A DNA stretch of 64,000 bases from the human T2T-CHM13v2.0 reference genome, Homo sapiens. A program made the position numbers and the translations under genes. Location of the stretch: the NCBI RefSeq assembly GCF_009914755.1, contig NC_060931.1. One strand, 5' to 3'. This document shows positions 43,703 to 64,000 of this stretch, in pieces (the stretch's first letter is position 1; the number at the start of each line of letters is the position of its first letter). Under the pieces are notes generated by a model. The model had not been told where the DNA came from and searched no databases. It worked only from the letters and a program-made list of their open reading frames with translations.

Positions 43703-44104
43703 GTACTATGTGAACAAACAGAACTGGGCTGCATAGACATACGCAAAATGCACACATGCAACACACTTCAAACATCAGATTACCCTGTGTTATGAGCCCT
43801 ACCCATTCACCTCCGGGGTCACAACTTTCCATCTCATTTCAGATAACCTTCCTTTCACCACTTCACAATAGCTCACAAACTGCAACCCTTGCTATGCCCA
43901 CTTCCACAAGCACATTTCAGGTAGTTCTTTTAGGTTTTTTTTTTTTTTGAAACGGGGGTCTCTGTTGCCCAGGCCAGAGTGCAGTGGTGCCAACACAGCT
44001 TACCATAGCTTTGATCTCCTGGGCTCAAGTGATTCTGTTGCCTTAGCCTCCCGAGTAGCTAGGACCACAGGGATATGCCACCACACCTGGCTAATTTTCT
44101 GTAG

Positions 44105-44479
<375 letters not shown>

Positions 44480-45796
44480 TAATTTATTACTCATTAAAGT
44501 GCATAAAACTGCTTTTAGGTTCTTTCAACACATCACTGATTAAAGTTTGAGTATTGTATGTGTAACATTTCTCCCAATAAGCTCTGTGGTTTTTATTGCA
44601 CAATTTTGCATAGCACTATGATTTTTAGAAATGCATATGCTGTATTATTGCAGAACTGAACGTATGTTTATACTTGTGTTAAAGATACTCATTCTCTCCT
44701 CTTCTCTGATTAAAATTCCTTACTTTTAAAACTTTTTTAATTTTTAGAAGTTTAAAAATCCAGAGAGTTACAGAGAAAACTATAAGCATCCTAGTATTCA
44801 CCACTGACTTAACAAGTTTAACATTTTTCTTCAGAGTTCCTTTTAATGAAATAGAATGTGACCGGTGAAACTCAAGTTCTTGTGGTTCCTCTCTTCAATC
44901 ATGTTCTGATATTGTCACATTCTCCTTCCTTTGTAAAGGCAAACATTATAAATAATATGGGAACTTTCCAGTTCATTTTAATACATATATGTATCTGTAA
45001 ATATTCAGTATTACTTTGTGTCTTTTATACGTAAATACTTTATTATACTTGTATTCTTCCCTCAACATTTTGGGATCTGGCCCTGTTGAGTTTCTTTTTT
45101 TTTTTTTTTGGAGACAGAGTCTTGCTCTGTCGCCCAGGCTGGAGTGCAGTGGCGCGATCTCGGCTCGCTGCAAGCTCCGCCTCCCGGGTTCTCCCGCCTC
45201 AGCCTCCCGAGCAGCTGGGACTACAGGCTCCCGCCCACACGCCCAGCTAATTTTTGTTTTTGTATTTTTAGCAGAGACGGGGTTTCACCGTGTTAGCTAG
45301 GATGGTCTCGATCTCCTGATCTCGTGATCCGCCCGCCTTGGCCTCCCAAAGTGCTGGGATTAGAGGCGTGAGCCACCACGCCCGGCCCTGTTGATCATAT
45401 ATGTAGCTAATTTATTTTAATTTTGTATAGTGTTCCACCGTCTGAATGTCACAAGTTTGTTTGTTTTTGAGATAGAGTCTCGCTCTGTCGCCCAGGCTGG
45501 AGTGCAGTGGCGCCATCTCAGTTCGCTGCAACCTCCACCTCCCGAGTTCAAGCAATTCTCCCTACCTCAGCCTCCCGAGGAGCTGGGATTACAGGCGTCC
45601 GCCACCACACTCAGCTAATTTTCGTATTTTTTAGTAGAGACAGTTTTTCGCCATGTTGGCCAGGCTGGTCTTGAACTCCTGACGTCAAGTGATCTGCCCA
45701 CCTCGGCCTCTCAAAGTGCTGGGATTACAGGCGTAAACCACGGCGCCTGGCCTGAATGTCACAAGTTTTAAAATCCATTCTTTTACTCATTAATAA

Positions 45797-46199
<403 letters not shown>

Positions 46200-46758
46200 T
46201 AAAAATACCCTCTAAACCTCGATTTTAAGAAACCACTAACTTAATTTTTTGTATCCTCTTCTACTCTTCCCAACGTATCATCTTACACTCAACCCAAATC
46301 ACGCTAGACAATAAATTCTGACATTGAAGCCCCCGCCAAACACCATTTCAACCATTCGGAATCTTAAACTTTTTGGAACAGTTGTTCTGATTTCGGTGAC
46401 TATGATGTAAAACTGGTTGACCTGTAACATCCACCTCTGGCCCCAAACCTTTCTATCCTTTCCACCGTCCGCTCCCCGTCCGCCCGGCATCCTCGCCCAG
46501 GCTCCGCCCCGCTCCTAGGTCGGCCTCGGTCCACGCTCGGCTTTGTCCAGGGGTTTGGCCACGGACAAGCCGCGGGAGCGGAGGCCACCTGCTCACCGCA
46601 GGGCCCGGAATCCACATCCCCAGCAGAAGCAGCCTGCAGACTCCGTCCTACCCGTGCACCGCGCGCACTCACGGGGACCCCAGGACACGGGCGAGCCCGG
46701 AACCCGAGGACCCACCACGACCCCGAAACCGGGCGTCCAAACAGGCTAGCCCGCTTAC

Positions 46759-46776
46759 CCGAGGCGGCTCCGCCAT
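46759..46776 (-). CDS. ZNF786: ZNF786 exon 1 coding part (MAEPPR), 18 nt
   Basis: Good Kozak ACCATGG and donor CGG|GTAAGC. Exons sum to 18+127+153+2051 = 2349 nt = 782 aa plus stop, in frame. Confidence 0.92.
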
Positions 46777-47179
46777 GGTCCCCGCGGTCCCGCCCGGCCC
46801 TGGCAAACCCGACCGTCTCCGGCGGCTCCGCAGGAACCTGCCCTGCTGCGCACTGACTCCCCTCCGCTCCGCCCCAACCCGACTCCCACGCACAGCCCGG
46901 GTGGCCCCCAAACGCAGCGCCGGCCGGGCGCGGTGCATGCTGGGACCCGGCGCCCGGCCGCGGCTGCCGCTCAGTCCTACAGCGCCTCCTGCGGGAGGAA
47001 GAAGCGGCGCTGCCTGAGCGTCGGTCCTCAGAGGAGGGACCCAGGGGCCCGGGCGCCCTCAGAGCAGGCCGCAGCACGCCGGTCTTTGAGGGACCCTCGG
47101 ATTCCCGGGATCTGGGGAGGGAAGCGGTCAGAGACAAGCTGAGGAGCTGGCCGGAGGGGAAACGGAGGGGCAGGACATG

Positions 47180-47230
47180 GAGAGATCAGGGACAGGGACA
47201 GGGAGAGATCAGGGACAGGGACAGGGAGAC
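47180..47230. repeat. Short tandem duplication (GAGAGATCAGGGACAGGGACAGG x2) in the ZNF786 upstream island
   Basis: Direct repeat visible in the sequence. Confidence 0.8.
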
Positions 47231-47913
47231 GCGCTCCACAGAAACCCAGACTGAGAGGCAGCGAGAGGGGAACCTCCGGTGCGGTTCCTCCCAAAGCCGC
47301 CCCCGAGACAGGCTTCGTCTGTGAGGGGGTCCCGGGAATCCAGCGAGGCCGGAAAGTGGGTGGGGGGCGCGCGCTGCCCGCAGTGGCCCGGGGCATCCGT
47401 CCCGCCGGGGGCGCGGAGGCCGTGGGGGCCCCATGCTTGTCCCGCCGGGGACGCGGAGGCGGGGTCCGCCCACCAGGTCCGGTCGCCGTGGGTCTAGAGC
47501 CCTCCGGGCTCCCCGGGCGGCCACGCTCCTTCCTTAGCAGAGAACGGCCTTGGGCAGAGACCCCATGCGGAAGCCACCCCGGCCTCAGGGCCGCCTGCAG
47601 GGACTCAGGGTGGCCCAAGGCTGCGGTCGGGCACCCCGGGCCCCGGCAGGAGACAGAGACAGAGTAGGAGGAGAAGACGGAGGAGGCCATGACACAGGGC
47701 GTGAGAAACACGAGAACGCAAGAACAGGGGAGAGGTGGGGAAACCAGGAAGAGACAGAAAGGAGAGAGGGCGAGGAAGGGGGTGGCGATTGTCTCCAGAA
47801 AATCAACCTCGCATTCTGTCTTAGTCATGTCTTAGGTGTCAGGCTGAAGTAGCAAAGGAAAAGTGTGTAGTTTGGAGAGGATGTGCATAAGAAATAAAAT
47901 AGTCCCTGCGTAG

Positions 47914-48290
<377 letters not shown>

Positions 48291-48293
48291 TGA

Positions 48294-48599
<306 letters not shown>

Positions 48600-48819
48600 T
48601 AATGTATACTGCTATGAACTTTTTTTTTTTTTTTTAGACGAAGTCTTGCCCTTGTTGCCCAGGTTGGAGTGCAGTGGCACGATCTCAGCTCATTGCAGCC
48701 TCTGGGTTCAAGTGATTCTCCTGCTGGCCGGGCGCGGTGGCTCAGGCCTGTAATCCCAGCACTTTGGGAGGCCGAGGCGGGCGGATCACGAGGTCAGGAG
48801 ATCGAGACCATCCTGGCTA

Positions 48820-49062
<243 letters not shown>

Positions 49063-49353
49063 TTACAGGCGCATGCCACCATGCCTGCCCCGCTAATTTT
49101 TCGTATTTTTAGTAGAGACGGGATTTCACCGTGTTAGTCAGGATGGTCTCCATCTCCTAACCTCGTGATCCGCCCACCTCGGCCTCCCAAAGTGCTGGGA
49201 TTACAGGTGTGAGCCACTGCACCCTGCCATGAACTTTTAACTATTAACTTTTTTTATAACTGTAAGTTATATAGAAGTATAACTTCTATACTACTACATA
49301 GAACTCCAAATTTTAACATATGCATAAACATGTAACTGACATCATAATCAGGC

Positions 49354-49874
49354 TGTTGTAAAACCCCAAAATCAGGCTTGTGTACCTCATGGGCAGCTGA
49401 GGCCAAACACTGAGACACCGGTGCTTGGAGATGCAAAAAGGTTTCATTGATTTGGCCAAAGCGAGAAGGCAGCAGAGCAAATCTCTAAAATCTGTCTTAA
49501 CAAAAGGAAGCAGGGAGTTTTTATGGGGCTAGAGAGTAAGGGAGGGGGAGTTTCAGGGAACCAAGGGGGAAAGTCTGTGTTTCTTCAGTCTCTGATAACA
49601 CCTTGAGCAATCAGGCTTCTGGGCGTCAGGAGCTGGCCACAACGACCCTGAAGGCATTCCCCCTGCAACAATTTTTCATGACCCTGAAGTTATCTCCTTC
49701 TCCTTGACAATCAAACAGTACATCAGCAGTATGTAATTATATTGTGAGAACAAGGAATATTGGGCAAAAAGCAAGTGGTTAAAACATGCAAACAAGCAAG
49801 GGCCTGATCAGAATTTTCATTTATTCAGTCCTTAAGAACTGCAGAATGCTGAAGTCTCAAGGGGCCCGGTTACA
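49354..49874 (-). mobile_element. Solo LTR, ERV1-class, 521 bp
   Basis: TG...CA termini with 4-bp TSD AGGC (49350-49353 / 49875-49878), inserted in old L1-like DNA. Orientation and subfamily are tentative. Confidence 0.6.
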
Positions 49875-49938
49875 AGGCTATTGGAAGTTTCATCACCCTC
49901 TAAAATGCCCTTAAATAGCTTTTTTGTTTTGTTTTTTA

Positions 49939-50451
<513 letters not shown>

Positions 50452-51028
50452 TCAAAATCCTGGCCTCAAGTGATCCTCTGCCTGGGCCTCCCAAAGTGCT
50501 GGGATTATAGGTGAGAGCCACTGTGCCCAGCCATCTTGTAATGTCTTTTGATCCACCTCCCTTCCTATATCTGTAACCCCTAGCAAGGGCTGATTTATTT
50601 CTGTCCCTATAGTTTTACCTTTCAAGAATGTCATATAAACGGAATTATACAGTATGTAACCTTTTGAGACTTATAAAAGTTTACAACATACTTCAACTCA
50701 CTATACCTTTGAGATTCATCCACATTGTTATCTGTATCAATGTTATTAAGGAGCACCAGCTGTAGTGGCTCTCACCTGTAGGTCCCCTCAAGGGATCCTG
50801 AGGTGGGAGGATCCCTTAAGCCCAAGAGTTCATGGCCAGCCTGGGCAATATAGCGAGACCCCTGTCTCCAAAAAGAAAAATAAATGCAGGCCAGGCACAG
50901 TGGCTCATTCCTGTAATCCCAGCACTTTGGGAGGCCGAGGTGGGCGCATCACTTGAGATCAGGAGTTTCAGACCAGCCTGGCCATCATGACAAAAACCTG
51001 TCTCTACTAAAAATACAAAAATTAGCTA

Positions 51029-51208
<180 letters not shown>

Positions 51209-51301
51209 TCACAGTTTGTATAGCCACCGTTCATCAAAGGACATTTGGATTGTTCCAAATTTTAGCAATTCTGAAGGGAGCTGCTGCAAACATTCATGTA
51301 A

Positions 51302-51749
<448 letters not shown>

Positions 51750-52075
51750 TGATGCTGTTTTGCATTCCCATCAGCAATGTGTGAGAACTCTAGTTGCTCC
51801 ATATTCTCCATAGTAGCTGGTATTGTCAGATGTTCTAAGGAGTAGAAAGCCTACAGTGGGCTGTGCCTCATGTTTCACTGGTTTAATCCCAGCACTTTAG
51901 GAGGCGAAGGCAGCAGAGGATAACTTGAGGCCAGGAGTTCAAGACTAGCCTGGGCAACATGGCAAGACCCTGTCTCTATTTAAAAAAGAAAAGAGAGGTC
52001 GGGCACAGTGGCTCACGCCTGTAATCCCAGCACTTTGGGAGGCCGAGGTGGGTGGATCACGAGATCAGGAGTTCA

Positions 52076-52324
<249 letters not shown>

Positions 52325-52358
52325 CTACAGTGCAGGGCACTGACAACTGAACATGTCA

Positions 52359-53005
<647 letters not shown>

Positions 53006-53633
53006 TCATGTGACCCAGTCACCAAACCCTGCTTAATCTTCTTTACCTTTTTTTCATATCCATCCTTTCTATCCTCAGTACCCAAAACCCAATTCATCGC
53101 TCCTTCTGACCATTCAAGAAGAATTTCTAGAATGTCTTGTTTTTCTTCCTTTTAGAAACGGGCTCTTGCTATGTCCTCCAGGCTGGCCTCAACCTCCTGA
53201 GCTCAAGCGACCCTCTCACCTCAGCCTCTCAAGTAACTGGGTGTGCCACCACGCTTAGCCCTAGAATGTCTTCTATGTCAGGTGTGTGTTAAGTGGAGAA
53301 AATGCAAAAACAAGAGCATACAGATGCCCTCCAGGGGTTCAGGCTATGAGGGGAAGCAGACAGAGTTTCAGTGGGGAGTGCTTTAGAGGAAGGAATTTAG
53401 AGGTGCTGGGAGAAGAGACAAGCATATAGCTAAAACATTCCTTTTCTCTGGACTGAATCATGGAATGTGAGGGAGGTGAGGTGAGGGAGGGAAGGCATTC
53501 CAGACAGACGAGAGTCATGAGAGAATATAATGCACTTGAGAAAGATACATGCTGTGCGATGAGGCTGAGGCTCACATTGTGAAGGTCAAACTGAAGCGGC
53601 AGGTCAGGGTCAGCTCACAGGTTCTTCTAGGTC

Positions 53634-53785
53634 CCGCCACCTCGCCCGGCTAATTTTTTGTATTTTTAGTAGAGACGGGGTTTCACCGTGTTAGCCAGGA
53701 TGGTCTCAATCTCCTGACCTCGTGATCTGCCCATCTCGGCCTCCCAGAGTGCTGGGATTACAGGCGTGAGCCACCGTGCCCGGCC
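53634..53785 (-). mobile_element. Tailless 3'-truncated AluY (left arm and linker only)
   Basis: Alu 5' end at 53785, breaks off early in the right arm with no poly(A); flanked by direct repeat TTCTAGGTC (53625-53633 / 53788-53796). Confidence 0.75.
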
Positions 53786-53903
53786 TTTTCTAGGTCTTAT
53801 TAAAGAATGCATTTATAATAAAATGGGAAACTTCTTCTTTTTTTTTTTGAGACAGTCTTGCTCTGTTGCCCAGGGTGGAGTGCAATGGCGTGATCTCAGC
53901 TGA

Positions 53904-54207
<304 letters not shown>

Positions 54208-54548
54208 TGATAAATGTACTGGAGGAAAAAAGCCAGAAGCAAGGAAACCTGTCAAGGAAAACACTATTAAATAAATAAATAAATAAATAAAGTGAGCTTC
54301 AAGTAGTAACAACAGAGATAGCGAGAAAGGATCTTGTTTGGGAAGAATCAGGAGCTAGATGCTAGATTGGGTGTAAGAAAACCTAGGTGCATCATCAGAT
54401 TTATAACTTTGGAGATGAGGTAGATTTAGTATACAGAGGTAGGAAATACAGAACAGTCTAACAAAGAAGGGTAGAGGCCGGGCACAGTGGCTCATGCCTA
54501 TAATCCCAGCACTTTGGGAGGCTGAGGCAGGCGGATCATTTGAGGTCA

Positions 54549-54863
<315 letters not shown>

Positions 54864-54922
54864 TCACGAGGTCAGGAGATCGAGACCATCCTGGCTAACA
54901 CGGTGAAACCCTGTCTCTACTA

Positions 54923-55204
<282 letters not shown>

Positions 55205-56388
55205 TTATAGATTTGAAAGTCATTAGCACATATGTGGTAACAGAAGAGATGGCTGTACCAGATGCAGCTAGGGACAGCCAAATAGTTACGCACACAAACA
55301 GCCATAGCTTGCTGCTGGTTTTGGAGGTGGGCGCGCTTCTCCCTCATTCTTGGTGTTCCTCTCCACCGAGGGGGAGCTCCGTGAGCACAGCACTTGCAGC
55401 CTCTGCCTCCTCACCCACTTTGCTCAGGTCATGTGCACGCTGGGCTCTCCTGTGTTAGTTTTATGACTAGTAAAGGTGTCATGTTGATCTTACAGTCACA
55501 CTGGGGGTTAGGGATTCAACCTGTGAATTTGGAAAGGGGAGGGGACATGATTCCGTTCATAACATGGGGTTACATCTTACTGAATGCCTACTCTTTTTTT
55601 TTGAGACAGGATCTTGCTCTGTCACCCAGGCTAGAGTGCAGTGGCATGATCTCAGCTCACTGTGACCTCCGTCCTGGGTTCAAGTGATTCTCCCATTTTA
55701 GCATCTCGAGTAGCTGGGGCTATGGGTGCATGCAATCACACCCGGATAATTTTTGTATTTGTAGTAGAGACAGGGTTTTCCCATGTTGGCCAGGCTGCTC
55801 TCGACCTTCTGCCCTCAAGTGAACCACCCATCTCGGCCTCCCAACGTGCTGGGATTACAGGCATGAGCCACCGTGCCGAGCCCTGAATGCCTACTCTTGA
55901 CTAGACACTATGTATTTCACATTCATAATCTCATGTTCATCCTCACATTATAGTGTCCATTATTAACTTGGCCTTTATTTCCAGAATCTGAGTACTGGTC
56001 ATGAAACAATTTATACTCCCTTACTTAGGTGACCAGATTTGGGGGCAAAGACAGCTTAGATAGAAACTTCTACTTGGCTCCTGATAAGCATGAGCATCTG
56101 GGAAGTTCCAGGTAATGCTTACCACAGTTCCTTTCTCCTTTCTTGTTTTTTGTTTGTTTTTCTTTGAGACGCAGTTTCGCTCTTGCTGCCCTGGCTGGAG
56201 TGCAATGGCGCGATCTCGGCTCACTGCAACCTCCGCCTCCTGGGTTCAAGCATTCTCCTGCCTCAGCCCCCCGAGTAGCTGGGATTAGAGGTGCCTGCCA
56301 CCACGCCCAGCTAATTTTTTGTATTTTTACTAGAGACAGGGTTTTACCATGTTGGCCAGGCTGGTCTCAAATTCCTGACCTCAGGTGA

Positions 56389-56688
<300 letters not shown>

Positions 56689-57780
56689 TGATCCGCCCGC
56701 CTCAGCCTCCCAAAGTGCTGGGATTACAGGCATGAGCCATGGCGCCTAGTCTCTCCTTTCTTAAAGCTACCCCTCCTCCTTGTTCTCAGCTCCTCCCCAT
56801 TCTCTACCTGCACTTGGTCACTTTCTTCTCCTAATTCCTGCCTCGGTTTGACCTCAGAAGCACTCCTTATTGCTGTTTCTGTGCCAGTCCCCCATGTGTG
56901 GACTGGGAGTGATTCTGTAGGCCACTCCATGTACTGCAATCCATCACCTAACTCATACTAGAGAATGCCTGTGTTACCAGTATAGCTGAAAAACAGCATT
57001 TATTTTTGTAGATGTGGCTGATTTTCATAAAGGTACCCTCCCCTCACCATTATATTAAATGGAGAAAGTAAAACTTACAGAGCTCTAGTGTCTTGCCCAA
57101 GGCCAGAGCGAGGGTCTGTTTTATTTTGTGGGACTTACTCTAAGCCCTGTGCTTTCTGAACTACGTCATGGAACTGCCCCTTCTCTTCTGTGTTCTACTC
57201 AGCCCCATGCTTTTGCTTCAGCCACTCAGGGTAATATCTCTCACTGACATTTATAATCCTTTAACTTCTTCTTTGACCTCTTTCTGCAGCATGTGGTACT
57301 GTGGGGTACTCATTATTATTATTATTATTTTCATTTGTTTAGAGATAGGGTCTCACTCTGTCACCCAGGCTGGAGTGCAGTGGTGCAAACATGGCTCACT
57401 GCAGCTTTAACCACCTGGGCTCAAGCAATCCTCCCACCTCAGCCCCCAAGCAGCTGGGACTACAGGTGCACACCACCATGCCCTGCTAATTTTTCTAAGT
57501 TTTGTAGAGATGGGGTTTCGCCATGTTGGCCAGGCTGGTCTCAAATTCCTGACCTCAGGTGATCCACTCACCTTGGCCTCCCAAAGTGCTCAGATTACAG
57601 GCATGAGCCACCGTGCCTCACCCATTATCTTTTAAAACTCTTTCTGAAAAGCATTTTTTAAAAATGTCTTTATTTTCACATTATTTTATTTTTAGTTCTG
57701 AATCTACCTGTTAAACTGTTGGCATTTCATTTATCTGATCACTGGCACTTTAGTTTTGTTTTTTGAGGTGTACCACATAA

Positions 57781-58095
<315 letters not shown>

Positions 58096-58400
58096 TGATC
58101 TGCCCGTCTTGGCCTCCCAAAGTGCTGGGATTACAGGTGTGAGCCACTGCGCCCGACCGACGCTGTGATTCTTGTAGCGACTTTGATCCCAGCAGATTCT
58201 GACTTCGGTAACTGGGGACCATGTTTTGTGCAACACACACAAAATTTATGAAGGTACTCAAATTTCCTAAGGAAGGCTGTAAGTTATCCTAACAGTAATG
58301 TCAAAGGCTGGGTGCGGTGGCTCATACCTGTAATCCCAGCACTTTGGAAGGCCGAGGTGGGCGGATCATGGATGTCAGGGGATGGAGACCATCCTGGCTA

Positions 58401-58676
<276 letters not shown>

Positions 58677-58933
58677 TTAGATTAGGCGACAGGGCAAAAA
58701 AAAAATAGTGGTGCTGTGGACTGACAGTATTTTATCCTTTGGTATTTTCCTCAGAGACCCTAATGTTAAGTATAGTTCTTTGAGAACTGACATAACACTG
58801 TTGAAAATGCAGAGGGGTTAGATAAATAACACTGCCTGTTACTCACAGTGGTGGACTTTTAGGTGATTTAAGTAAAATTCAGAAGGAAAGAACACATGGG
58901 TAATCATTTTAACAAATGAGATAGTGGAAGACA

Positions 58934-58939
58934 TTTATT
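58934..58939 (-). terminator. ZNF425: Polyadenylation signal AATAAA of ZNF425
   Basis: TTTATT on the plus strand about 800 nt past the stop codon, in unique sequence; the 3' UTR contains one Alu (~59345-59640). Confidence 0.7.
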
Positions 58940-59734
58940 TTTAGCAATATGGAAACATTCCAAGAAACAGAAGCCCTCTCACCATCTGAGAGAAAATGAA
59001 AATCCACTATGAGAGAAAACTGAAGACTTTAATACAGATTTAAGTAAAATGGCCTGGTAATGGAAAAGCTGACTGAGGAATATGTTCCTGGCTGTAACAT
59101 TTCTTCACTCAGGCTGTAGTTTCTGAATTTAATGAAGGGATTATTGGATGACACTGAAGAGATCGTTGGACTAGCAGATCAGTGTGAATGTTTCCTCCAC
59201 AACTGGCACGTCTTTCCTATGACGATTATTGAGGGAGATGTCTCTTTGACTGTCTATGGATTATTTGGAACTTTTGTCAAGGAGCCATAGAGTTCTGCAG
59301 ACCACACACCTGTCCAGTGTGTCTGTAGCCAGTATTTTGTGATTTTTTTTCTTTTTTGAGACAAGATCTTGCTCTGTCACCCAGGCTGGAGTGCAGTGGT
59401 GTGAGCATGGCTCACTGCAGCCTCTGCCTCCTGGGCTCAAGCGATCCTCCTGCCTCAACCTCCCAAAGTAGCTGGGACCACAAGCATGCACCACAACGCC
59501 TGGCTGACTTTTATATTTTTTGTAGAGATGGAGTCTTGCAATGTTGCCTAGGCTGGTCTCAAACTTCTGGGCTCAAGCGATCCTCCCACCTGGGCCTCCC
59601 AAAGTAATGGGATTACAGGCGGGAGCCACTGTGCCCGATCTTACCCTGTGAATCCTTCAACCTGCCTCAACTTGAGCCAACAGAGCTGCTGGCACCTCCT
59701 GAAAGCCGACTGCGTGACTGCTGCATGGCCTGAC

Positions 59735-64000
<4,266 letters not shown>

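Larger units (their letters stand above)
46450..47720 (-). promoter_or_regulatory. ZNF786: ZNF786 CpG-island promoter
   Basis: High GC/CpG around exon 1; ZNF143/SBS-like GCATGCTGGGA (46935-46945); CTCF-like CCCGCAGGAGGCGC (minus, ~46982-46995); GC boxes. Confidence 0.85.

Noticed and set aside
46400-47852. 245-aa and 266-aa ORFs in the ZNF786 CpG island (and similar ORFs at 21468-22281)
   Set aside because: Stop-codon depletion in GC-rich DNA; low-complexity Arg/Pro/Gly peptides without domains. Only MAEPPR is supported.

Overview
Primate (human-like) genomic DNA, extremely Alu-dense, matching the 7q36.1 KRAB zinc-finger cluster. It holds the complete 4-exon ZNF786 gene on the minus strand (spliced CDS 2349 nt = 782 aa) and the terminal zinc-finger exon plus 3' UTR of ZNF425 (minus strand). 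To the left is a nested stack: a MER30 DNA transposon split by a two-LTR HERV-L/MLT2A1 provirus (5-bp TSD GCTGA). The provirus carries a COX6B1 processed pseudogene (15-bp TSD) and seven Alus, and it has lost its protease-RT segment. The most notable unexplained structure is the relic of a third tandem KRAB-ZNF gene just downstream of ZNF786. It consists of a dead 127-nt KRAB-A exon (19475-19601) and, about 2.3 kb upstream of it, an orphan CpG island (about 21470-22300). The island is recognisably paralogous to the ZNF786 promoter/exon 1: it keeps the CTCF-like and ZNF143-like motifs and has a YY1 motif, but has lost its ATG and splice donor. Gene names and repeat subfamilies come from recall of known sequences, not from a database search. 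Most short ORFs in the track are Alu or antisense artefacts.
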